NCBI GenBank assembly: GCA_040220235.1
Contig: JAVJTO010000046.1
DNA: 57,417 nucleotides
Direction: 5' to 3' (one strand)
DNA from: Coleofasciculus sp. B1-GNL1-01
Lineage (GTDB): Bacteria > Cyanobacteriota > Cyanobacteriia > Cyanobacteriales > Coleofasciculaceae
Shown: positions 28,849-37,584 of the stretch, in pieces
Layout of the letters: each line of letters opens with the position of its first letter
Numbering within the stretch: the stretch's first letter is position 1
The notes under the pieces: model-generated
What the model was told of the DNA's origin: nothing
Databases searched by the model: none
Seen by the model: only the letters and a program-made list of their open reading frames with translations
Program-made: the position numbers and the translations under genes

Positions 28849-31800
28849 ATGGCTCTGATGAACGTAAATATGATGAGTATGCGGTTGTGTTTGGTTAGTG
28901 GGTTAGTGATTAAGCTGGGCGTTGGTATCTTTTTCAACCCAGTGTCGGCTCAGATTATCCCAGATGCTACCTTGGGGAGTGAAGGATCTCGCTTTATCGA
29001 AAGTGTAGAGTTTGATCGGATTGAGGGTGGAGCAGCGCGAGGGGTCAATTTGTTCCACAGCTTTACTGAGTTTAACGTATTAGACGGACAACAGGTTTAT
29101 TTTGCTAATCCTGGCGGGATTGAGACTATCCTGAGCCGGGTGACAGGGGGGAATGGTTCGGATATTTTCGGAACGTTGGGGGTATTGGGAAATGCGAATT
29201 TATTTTTAGTTAATCCCAATGGGATTGTGTTTGGACCGAATGCGCGGCTGGATGTGGCGGGTTCGTTTGTGGCTTCGACGGGAAATGGGTTTAATTTCTC
29301 GGATGGGAGTAGTTTTAGTGCGACGAATCCCGAAGCGCCGCCGTTGTTGACGATGAATGTTACTCCGGGGTTGCAGTATGGAGCGAGTCAGCCTCAAGCT
29401 GAGATTATTAATCAGGGAAATTTAAGGGTAGGGCAAGATCTTACTTTAGTCGGGAATCGTCTCAGGTTATCGGGTCAGCTAGAAGCGGGGAGGGATTTAA
29501 CCCTGTTGGCAACGGATACGGTAGAGATTCGAGATAGTGTGAGTAATCCGTTCATTGCTAAGGCGAGTGGTGAATTGATTGTGCAGGGGAATGAGACAGT
29601 TGATATTTTTGCCTTGAATCATCCCGATAGTGGGTTGTTTTCCGGTGGGGATATGGTGCTGCGTTCCGCTAATCCTGTAGGTGGCGATGCTCATTACTGG
29701 AGTGGGGGGAGTTTTCGGATTGAGCAGTTGGATAGTAGTCTGGGGAATTTGTCAAGTCCTAATGATCCGGTGATTCGGGCGAGTGGGGATGTTAGTTTTG
29801 ATAGTTATGAGGGGGCTTCCTTACATATTTTTGCGGGTGGTAGCGTCACGGTTGAAGATAATATCACGATTAATGATGTGGACGCTGAGAATGGAATTGT
29901 AGAGACAGTTACTCTCTCTGATGGGACAACTGTGGAAGTTGATGGTAAGAATGAACCGACGCTGGATATTCGCGCGGGAACAATTGCGTTTGGGACTCCT
30001 GGAAATCCTGACAATGTTAACGTTAATAATCCTCCAGGTATTAACGGAACTGGGACAAGCGCGGATATTAACATTGGCAATATTAATATCAACGAGTCCG
30101 ATGGTCTCGTCTTATTAACTAATCAGTACAACCCCAATACCTTACCTGGAAATATTACCGTTGATTCAATTAGTACCAGTAGTTCTTCAGGGAATAGCGG
30201 CTCAATATGGATCGACTCTCGCGGCGATATTACACTCAACAAATCGATAGATTCCTCTATAGAGGAATCTATCGATAACGCCCTTGATAGTGAACTTTTC
30301 CTATTCGACAGCAAGGGTAACTTACTGACGGAAAATGATGATTCTTCGACGGCATTAGGTGAAGGGGGAAGCACTAGCGGTTTAGACTCTTATATTGATT
30401 ACACCTTCAATCAAAATGGAGAATATATTATTGGAGTGGGACAATTTCCATCAGAGGGCACGCAAGGGGGAGAAATGCCAATATCAGGTACTCCACTCAC
30501 AGGAAATTCAAAGTATACTCTCCAGGTTTCGATTGAAAATCATGCTCAAGGTTCAGGCGGCAGTTTAACAGAAAGTGAGCCAAATAACTCTATCCAAGAA
30601 GCACAGAAACTAGATTCATCCTTTTTACTCCAAGAGAATCCAAATGTTGAGTCATCTGATACAATTCCCCATGTATCCATTGATGGTACTGGAGATAATA
30701 CGTTTGACTACTACTCCTTTGAAGTTAAAACACCAGGGAGTCGAGGGATTTTCGATATTGACGACGACAACACTAGCGGTGGGAATGCTGGAAATATTAC
30801 CATTAATGCAGCGGGTTCTGTCTTGCTTAAGGGGAGTAGCATTTCCGCTTCTTCGTCGCGTAGAGTAGGCAACGGTGGTAATATTGCGATCGCAGCAGGT
30901 AACTCTGTCCGCTTAACAGAGGGAGCCACCTTAGAAGCTCAAACCAATGGTAGCGGAAATGCTGGAAGCGTTGTAGTGCAAGCACTGAACGGGGGTTCCG
31001 TTTCTTTAGAGAACAGCCGAATTTCAACATCTGTGCAAAAAGGGGCAAGTGGTGATGGTGACAATATTCGGATTGAAGCTGGGTCAGTCTCTTTAAGCGA
31101 TAAGGCTTCTATAGAAGCTATAAATAACGGTTCTGGCGTTGGCGGTAACATAGACATTACCGCTAACACTGAGTCAGTTAACTTAACTGATAACGCTCAA
31201 ATCAATGCTAGTACTTTCGGTCAGGGAAAAGGAGGCAGCGTAACTATAAGGGCAATAAGCGGTTCCGTTGCGATCGCGAACAGCAGCAACATTAGCACCA
31301 CTGTAGAATTAGGCGCAACTGGGTCTGGTGGCAGCATCAACATTACAGCAGGAGCGGTTTCACTGACAGGAGGTTCTCGACTCGAAGCGCAAACTCGCGG
31401 ACAAGGAAATGCTGGCGATATCCAAATCAGTGCCTCAGATAAGGTGGAAATCTCCGGCACGAGTCAATTTGGACTATCGAGCGGATTGTTAACCTCTACT
31501 GAAACTGCAAATAGCGGTGAGGGCGGTAGTATTTCCGTTAGGGGACTGCCAAACGATCCGTTGGATATCTTGCGCGTATCTAACGGGGGCTTCTTAAGTT
31601 CTCGAACGAACAGCATATCTACTGGTGGCAGTATAACCGTTAATGTCAATCAACTGGAAGTGATGAATGGCGGACAACTCATCACCTCTGCCTTCAGCAG
31701 TGGAGACGCTGGTAATATTACGGTTAATGCCGCTCAAAGCGTCCTCCTCTCCGGCAGTAATCCTAACTTTAAGGAGATTGGCGACAATATAACCGCAAAA

Positions 31801-33114
31801 GGTCGCGGTACGGTTGGCGAACAAGAGGGTAATGATTCAATTGATAAAGCCCAAGTTATCCCATTGGACAACTTCTCGCTGCAAGATAATGATGACATTG
31901 AATTCTCTAAGGATATTCCCCACATCTCTATCTCTGGCACTGGTGACGGCACCTTCGACTACTACTCCCTTGAAGTTAAAACACCAGGGAGTCGGGGGAT
32001 TTTCGATATTGACAACACTAGCGTTGATACTGAACTGTTCCTCTTCGACGAGTCAAGAAATTTGCTAGCAGAAAATGATGATTCTTTAACCTCATCGGGT
32101 GGAGGTGGCAGTAGCAGTGGGCTTGAATCGTATATCAGTTATACGTTTGCAACGCCTGCTACCTACATCCTCGGTGTTGGCAGATTCAATTCGGAAGCTA
32201 ACAATCGCACCATCGAAGGTGAGCCTCTAAAGGCAGGGGATAGCTATACACTCCAGCTATCGCTCGACAATCGCAATGTTAATCCTAATCAAAGCCCAAA
32301 CAGTGGTCTATTTGCTCAGTCTCAAGGAACAGGACAGGCAGGAAGTATAGAAATTACCGCCAACCAAGTCTTGCTCGACAACCAGGGAGAACTTAACGCT
32401 CGCTCCAAATCAGGTACAGGTGGCAACATTAACCTACAGGTAAACGATGTATTGTTGATGCGTAACAACAGCCTGATATCTGCCACAGCAGGTAATAACG
32501 GCGATGGCGGCAACATTAATATTAATGCTGGATTTATTGTTGCTGTTCCTTCCGAAAATAGCGACATCATAGCCAACGCCTTTCAGGGAAGTGGGGGACA
32601 AATCAACATCCAAGCCAATCGTGTATTTGGTTTCAATCTGCGGCGAGAACGGCTTTCTGTGGAAACTCTTCGTAACAATCGCACTAACGACATTAGCGCT
32701 AGTTCTGAATCGGGTCCTCAAGGAAACATTAACATCCAAGCTCTTACCACCGACCCCAGCCAGGAACTAATCGAACTCCCCACCGACACCGCCGCCCCCC
32801 AACTCGACCAAACCTGCTCCCCAACCGGAAGCGGTAAGAATGAATTTACCGTAACTGGACGCGACGGACTCCCCCCTAGCCCCACCGATATTCTCACCCC
32901 AGAACAACCGCTAGCCGACTTAGGCACACCCATCAATAACACCGCCACCCAGCCAACCCCAACCCCAACTCCCCCCGCTTCCCCCAAACCCATCGTAGAA
33001 GCCCAAGGCTGGATTATTGACGAACAAGGTAACATTACCCTCGTCGCCAATGTCCCAACCGCCAATTCCCAGGGAGCATGGCAACCTCAAGTATCCTGTC
33101 AGGGAGGGCGCTAA
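28849..33114 (+). CDS. Filamentous haemagglutinin-family (TpsA-like) exoprotein with two inserted PPC/DVUA0089-like modules
   Basis: Signal peptide ending AQIIPD; NLFHSFTEFN...ILSRVTGG...NLFLVNPNGIVFG haemagglutination-activity domain; G.AG.I.I.A beta-helix repeats; cyanobacterial C-terminus TGR.GLPP.P...EAQGW. Confidence 0.92.
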   Translation: MALMNVNMMSMRLCLVSGLVIKLGVGIFFNPVSAQIIPDATLGSEGSRFIESVEFDRIEGGAARGVNLFHSFTEFNVLDGQQVYFANPGGIETILSRVTGGNGSDIFGTLGVLGNANLFLVNPNGIVFGPNARLDVAGSFVASTGNGFNFSDGSSFSATNPEAPPLLTMNVTPGLQYGASQPQAEIINQGNLRVGQDLTLVGNRLRLSGQLEAGRDLTLLATDTVEIRDSVSNPFIAKASGELIVQGNETVDIFALNHPDSGLFSGGDMVLRSANPVGGDAHYWSGGSFRIEQLDSSLGNLSSPNDPVIRASGDVSFDSYEGASLHIFAGGSVTVEDNITINDVDAENGIVETVTLSDGTTVEVDGKNEPTLDIRAGTIAFGTPGNPDNVNVNNPPGINGTGTSADINIGNININESDGLVLLTNQYNPNTLPGNITVDSISTSSSSGNSGSIWIDSRGDITLNKSIDSSIEESIDNALDSELFLFDSKGNLLTENDDSSTALGEGGSTSGLDSYIDYTFNQNGEYIIGVGQFPSEGTQGGEMPISGTPLTGNSKYTLQVSIENHAQGSGGSLTESEPNNSIQEAQKLDSSFLLQENPNVESSDTIPHVSIDGTGDNTFDYYSFEVKTPGSRGIFDIDDDNTSGGNAGNITINAAGSVLLKGSSISASSSRRVGNGGNIAIAAGNSVRLTEGATLEAQTNGSGNAGSVVVQALNGGSVSLENSRISTSVQKGASGDGDNIRIEAGSVSLSDKASIEAINNGSGVGGNIDITANTESVNLTDNAQINASTFGQGKGGSVTIRAISGSVAIANSSNISTTVELGATGSGGSINITAGAVSLTGGSRLEAQTRGQGNAGDIQISASDKVEISGTSQFGLSSGLLTSTETANSGEGGSISVRGLPNDPLDILRVSNGGFLSSRTNSISTGGSITVNVNQLEVMNGGQLITSAFSSGDAGNITVNAAQSVLLSGSNPNFKEIGDNITAKGRGTVGEQEGNDSIDKAQVIPLDNFSLQDNDDIEFSKDIPHISISGTGDGTFDYYSLEVKTPGSRGIFDIDNTSVDTELFLFDESRNLLAENDDSLTSSGGGGSSSGLESYISYTFATPATYILGVGRFNSEANNRTIEGEPLKAGDSYTLQLSLDNRNVNPNQSPNSGLFAQSQGTGQAGSIEITANQVLLDNQGELNARSKSGTGGNINLQVNDVLLMRNNSLISATAGNNGDGGNININAGFIVAVPSENSDIIANAFQGSGGQINIQANRVFGFNLRRERLSVETLRNNRTNDISASSESGPQGNINIQALTTDPSQELIELPTDTAAPQLDQTCSPTGSGKNEFTVTGRDGLPPSPTDILTPEQPLADLGTPINNTATQPTPTPTPPASPKPIVEAQGWIIDEQGNITLVANVPTANSQGAWQPQVSCQGGR

Positions 33115-33144
33115 TGTAGAGACGCGCCATGGCGCGTCTCTACA
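33115..33144. repeat. Perfect 30-bp REP palindrome TGTAGAGACGCGCCATGGCGCGTCTCTACA
   Basis: Read directly; related copies at 25649, 28524, 42218 and 45943. Confidence 0.95.
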
Positions 33145-33196
33145 GGATAGGCAGTTAGAATAGACGCCAACCAACCTGCAAAACCCGACAAAACCC

Positions 33197-33421
33197 ATGA
33201 ATTACCAAGACATCATCACCTTAGAATCGGGAAAACGTGGCGGTAAGCCCTGCATTCGAGGGATGCGAATCACCGTCTACGATATTTTAGAATACCTCGC
33301 ATCCGACATGAGTCAAGAGGAAATTCTAGAAGACTTTCCCTATCTGACTCAAACCGACATCCTCGCTTGTCTTTGGTTTGCTGCTCAACGCGAACGCCTT
33401 ACCGTTACCGTTCAACGGTGA
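33197..33421 (+). CDS. DUF433-family antitoxin
   Basis: GKRGGKPCIRGMRITVYDILEYLA...EEILEDFPYLT..DI.ACL signature. Confidence 0.92.
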   Translation: MNYQDIITLESGKRGGKPCIRGMRITVYDILEYLASDMSQEEILEDFPYLTQTDILACLWFAAQRERLTVTVQR

Positions 33422-33458
33422 AACGTCTCCTGTTCGATGGAAGGCAACTTGATATAAA

Positions 33459-36209
33459 ATGTCCAAATTCAAACCAACCCGCCGCCCAAAACTGCACAAA
33501 CTCCTGTGCTACGTTGGCATGGGTCTCAGTCTCACCCTGCTGAGATTCTACCTAGACTGGACACCCGCTACCGCCATTGTCCCCCAGACAGACACACTGA
33601 CACCCAATACAACTCATTTAACCTCTCCCCCAGCATCCCTGATTCCCCCCAACCCCCCTCGTTCCCTTGACTCACGGGATCTGGAAAACCTCTCTCCTGC
33701 AAGGAGAGAGGCTTTGAATCCTCCCCCCTTCCCTACCTCCAACAACGCCCTCACCCTCTTCCAACAAGGCAAAACCTACTATCAAGCTGGACAATTTGCC
33801 GCCGCCCTAGACGCTTGGCAACAAGCCGCTAATGCCTACCAAACTCAAGGAGAACCCCTCAACCAGGCAATGACATTCAGCAACCTGGCACTCGCCTATC
33901 AGGAATTGGCAGAATGGAATCAAGCCAATCACGCCATGGCTCAAAGCTTCGCCCTCCTAGACACCCTCCCCGCCAATACCCCAGAACATCTCCGGGTTCA
34001 GGCACAAGCCTTCAACACCCAAGGCACCCTGCAACTGGCTCAAGGACAACCCGAAGCCGCCCTGAAAACCTGGCAGCACGCCAGCCAACTCTACCGCCAA
34101 ATCCCCGACGAACCGGGCATCATTCGCAGCCAAATTAACCAAGCCCTCGCCCTGCGAGCCTTAGGGCTATACCGTCGCGCCCGCAACACCCTAGTGCAAC
34201 TCGAAACCACCTTACCAACCCAACCCAACAATCCTCTCAAAGCCGCCACTTACGCCAACTTAGGCAACCTACACCGCTCCCTCGGACATCCCCAAGACGC
34301 CCAAGAAACACTCCAGAAAAGCCTGGATATCGCCCGCACCCTCAACTCCCCCGCCGATATCAGCGCCGCCTTACTCGGCTTAGGCAACACCGCTCGTTCC
34401 CAAGACCAGAATGAGCAAGCCATCGACTACTATCAACAAGCCGCCGCCAGCGCCATTTCCCCCAATGCACAATTTGAAGCATCTGTCAATCAACTCGACC
34501 TACTCCTGGAAACCAACCAAAGGCAACCCGCCACTACCTTAATCCCCCAACTCCAGGAACTCGCCCAAAACCTACCCACCACTCGCCCCGCCATCTATGC
34601 CCAAATCCACTTTGCCCAAACCCTCACCCACCATCAAACCCAACTGAAATCCACCCTATCTGCCCAAGAAATCGCCCAGATTCTCGCCCACGCCCAACAG
34701 CAGGCACAATATCTCAACGACACCGTAGCCGAATCCTATGCCCTCGGCTACCTGGGACACCTCTACGAAACCGCTCAACAATGGCAGGACGCCGAAACCC
34801 TCACCCGACAAGCCTTGGCACAGGCAAAAAACACCCCAGAAGTCGCCTATCACTGGCAGTGGCAACTGGGACGACTCTTAAAAGCACAGCATCAACTCCA
34901 AGCCGCCACCAACGCCTACACCAGCGCCTATAAAACCCTGAAACTCCTGCGAGGAGACTTGGTTGCTGCCAACCCCGATATCAAATTTACGTTCCGAGAC
35001 GAAGTTGAACCCGTCTATCGGGATCTCGTAGACTTACTCCTGTCCGGAACCAGCGAACCTAGCCAAGATAACCTGAAACAAGCCCGTGAGGTGATGGAGA
35101 CATTACAGGTGGCAGAACTAGAAAACTTCTTTCAATCCGCCTGTTTGGATTCAACGGTACAAGTTGACCAAGTAGTCGATGAAAAAGACCCAACGGCTGC
35201 CATTATTTACCCGATTGTACTGGAAGACCGCATCGAAGTCATCCTCAAGTTACCGGACGAAGCCAATCTGATTCATTATCGCTCCCCTGACTTTGACTTA
35301 TCCCGGAAAAAGGTGGAAACCACTGTAAAACGATTCCGCAGCAATCTCCAAGATCCTTTCACCCACCCAGCTATCAAAGAGGATGGGCAAACCCTCTACA
35401 ACTGGTTAATCAAACCAGCACGCCCTTACCTGGAACGCCATGGGATTAAAACCCTAATTTTTGTCCTGGATGAACCCCTGCGGAACATTCCCATGGCAGC
35501 GCTTTACGACGGGGAAAAATATCTGGTTCAAACCTATGCCACTGCCCTATTAATGGGGCTAGAAGTGCGGGATTCCCATCGGCTAGAGCGAAACCGGATG
35601 GATGTACTCGCCGCCAGTCTAACTGAACCGCCGCCACAGGTGGGTAACTTCGCCACGTTAGTCAATGCCAATCCCGAGTTAGACAAAATCAAAGCCGCAG
35701 GCATTCCCGTTACCTTCATCCGAGACGAAGATTTCACCGAAACCGCATTAGAACAACGCCTAGAGCGCTCTCATTTCGACATCGTACACCTAGCCACTCA
35801 CGGTCAATTTGGCGACAAACCAGAAGACACCTTTATTCTCGCCGCTGACACGAAGATCCTCTTAAACCAATTCAGCCAATTATTTCGCCGCCAACAGTCC
35901 ACCACAACCCAAGGGATTGAACTCCTCCTGCTCAGTGCCTGCCGCACCGCCACAGGCAGCAATCGAGCCGTACTGGGAATTGCCGGAGCCGCGATTCAGG
36001 CAGGAACAAAAAGTGCGATCGCGTCTCTCTGGAGTTTGGATGATCTCTCCAGTGTTACCTTCACCGAAGCCTTCTACCAACACTTAGGACAACCGGGAGT
36101 GTCTCGCGCCGAAGCCCTACGACGAGCGCAGCAGGCGATGTTACAAGATGCCAACTACCAAGCCCCCCTCTTCTGGGCTGCCTATGTCTTAGTGGGCAGT
36201 TGGTTTTGA
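33459..36209 (+). CDS. TPR-CHAT domain protein (caspase-like C14-clan protease), probably exported
   Basis: N-terminal signal-like segment, many TPRs, and CHAT motifs LRNIPMAAL, HLATHG (His), LLLSAC (Cys), ASLWS and WAAYVLVG.W. Confidence 0.93.
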   Translation: MSKFKPTRRPKLHKLLCYVGMGLSLTLLRFYLDWTPATAIVPQTDTLTPNTTHLTSPPASLIPPNPPRSLDSRDLENLSPARREALNPPPFPTSNNALTLFQQGKTYYQAGQFAAALDAWQQAANAYQTQGEPLNQAMTFSNLALAYQELAEWNQANHAMAQSFALLDTLPANTPEHLRVQAQAFNTQGTLQLAQGQPEAALKTWQHASQLYRQIPDEPGIIRSQINQALALRALGLYRRARNTLVQLETTLPTQPNNPLKAATYANLGNLHRSLGHPQDAQETLQKSLDIARTLNSPADISAALLGLGNTARSQDQNEQAIDYYQQAAASAISPNAQFEASVNQLDLLLETNQRQPATTLIPQLQELAQNLPTTRPAIYAQIHFAQTLTHHQTQLKSTLSAQEIAQILAHAQQQAQYLNDTVAESYALGYLGHLYETAQQWQDAETLTRQALAQAKNTPEVAYHWQWQLGRLLKAQHQLQAATNAYTSAYKTLKLLRGDLVAANPDIKFTFRDEVEPVYRDLVDLLLSGTSEPSQDNLKQAREVMETLQVAELENFFQSACLDSTVQVDQVVDEKDPTAAIIYPIVLEDRIEVILKLPDEANLIHYRSPDFDLSRKKVETTVKRFRSNLQDPFTHPAIKEDGQTLYNWLIKPARPYLERHGIKTLIFVLDEPLRNIPMAALYDGEKYLVQTYATALLMGLEVRDSHRLERNRMDVLAASLTEPPPQVGNFATLVNANPELDKIKAAGIPVTFIRDEDFTETALEQRLERSHFDIVHLATHGQFGDKPEDTFILAADTKILLNQFSQLFRRQQSTTTQGIELLLLSACRTATGSNRAVLGIAGAAIQAGTKSAIASLWSLDDLSSVTFTEAFYQHLGQPGVSRAEALRRAQQAMLQDANYQAPLFWAAYVLVGSWF

Positions 36210-36235
36210 GTGATGAGCCTTAGGTTCGGTGATCG

Positions 36236-36496
36236 CTATTTTGAGCCTAATAGCTTGTCATATTCCGCGTGTGTTCCGATCCAAAACCAAACTAGATCAT
36301 TATCCTGCTTGACTGCAATCGCTCTGTAGTTTAAACCGACTCTAACCGACCAAAACCGACCAACTTTCTTCAAATGTAGTGAGGGATATCGAGGATCTTG
36401 TTTGAGCAGCTTGTAACATCTATCGGCAAGGTCTTGGATGTCAGCGGGTAGCTGTCGATAATAATACCAAAAATCGGGGGTGGCGCGGTGTTTCAC
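36236..36496 (-). CDS. RelE/ParE-superfamily toxin
   Basis: FW..Y.QLP..IQ..A...Y.LL..DPRYPSLHLKKV...WSVRVGLNYRA...WFWIGTHAEYD; 4-nt overlap with the upstream gene. Confidence 0.85.
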   Translation of the reverse strand: MKHRATPDFWYYYRQLPADIQDLADRCYKLLKQDPRYPSLHLKKVGRFWSVRVGLNYRAIAVKQDNDLVWFWIGTHAEYDKLLGSK

Positions 36497-36699
36497 AAAT
36501 CAGTACATTTTCCTTTTCGTAAATCTTGTAAGGCTTTGTCGGCTAGTGCATCGAGCCTACCCGCCGCAACATCTGTCTCAAATTGCCGATCCCAATTGAT
36601 TGCATCAAATTCAGCAAACCAAGTCCTAAATTTTACCAGATCTTCATCCGAAAGCTGACTGATCGCCAGTTCAATTTTCCTTAAGTCACTCTTAGTCAT
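36493..36699 (-). CDS. Putative cognate antitoxin
   Basis: 68 aa; IE.AI.QLS.E....FR.WF.EFD...WDRQ.E.D...GRLD pattern; translationally coupled to the toxin. Confidence 0.8.
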   Translation of the reverse strand: MTKSDLRKIELAISQLSDEDLVKFRTWFAEFDAINWDRQFETDVAAGRLDALADKALQDLRKGKCTDL

Positions 36700-36789
36700 A
36701 AGCCCTATTTTTTTATAAATCTTCTTAAATTATAGGGGTTGCCACTAAGGTTAGGACATCGTGAACGGCTGAAATCGAACTCAGGTTAA

Positions 36790-37560
36790 CTAATCCGAGC
36801 TTGTTTCTGCTAAAGGATTAAGTTGAGTGACAGCCGCATCAGCAACGCCTTCTAGCTTAAAATAGCCCAACAAACTCATCCAAGGCTCTGCATGGACAGA
36901 GCGATGCCAAGCTAACTGCGTCAGCGCTTCCTGAGAAATACCATGGTCTAAATACGCCCGATATTGCTCAGATTCAGGTAAAGTTTCTAACTGCCGAACC
37001 AATTCAGAACTCGCTTCCACCCGTTCCACCCAACCACTAACCCATGGGTTTCTTGAGCGTTCCTGCTCATCGCATAGGACTTGGAAAAACCAATTGTACC
37101 GTTTGCCCACTTCTAAAGGCGGTTCAGTCTCCGGCAATTTCACGCTAACAATCCCCGGCGCATCTGGTAACGCCATCGTTTGGTCGAGGACAAGCCGTTG
37201 ATTTTCATCAAATAGCACGAATCTTGCTTTTGTAATCGTCTCCGAATGATCCAAAGGTAGGTAAAACCAAAGAGTAGGATAGGCAGAAACAGTTGTCCCC
37301 AAATTGTCCGCCGAAACTAGAGCCGTTAACGGCTGGCTAGTCACAGAGACACAGAATTCATCCCGCATCGCTGTACCCCGGGCTCGCCCCGAAGCCCTCC
37401 CTTGTTTGCGCTCCCGGCGAAACAAATTCACAATCCGCTCTCCCACCGATTGCGCCTGGGCTGGGGGATTGTCGAAGGGTAGCACCGACAGGAACAGCAC
37501 TGTACTTAAGGTCAAAATCAGGACGCTTTTGCGATCGCGTGATAACCAGCTCATCTCCAT
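36790..37560 (-). CDS. DUF928 domain protein (secreted/periplasmic)
   Basis: Signal peptide; LTALV....GTTVSAYPTLWFYLP...PGIVSV.LP....PLEVGK.YNW.F...C...V.GWVERV signature. Confidence 0.88.
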   Translation of the reverse strand: MEMSWLSRDRKSVLILTLSTVLFLSVLPFDNPPAQAQSVGERIVNLFRRERKQGRASGRARGTAMRDEFCVSVTSQPLTALVSADNLGTTVSAYPTLWFYLPLDHSETITKARFVLFDENQRLVLDQTMALPDAPGIVSVKLPETEPPLEVGKRYNWFFQVLCDEQERSRNPWVSGWVERVEASSELVRQLETLPESEQYRAYLDHGISQEALTQLAWHRSVHAEPWMSLLGYFKLEGVADAAVTQLNPLAETSSD

Positions 37561-37584
37561 TAACTCCTAACTCTGCATTGATGT

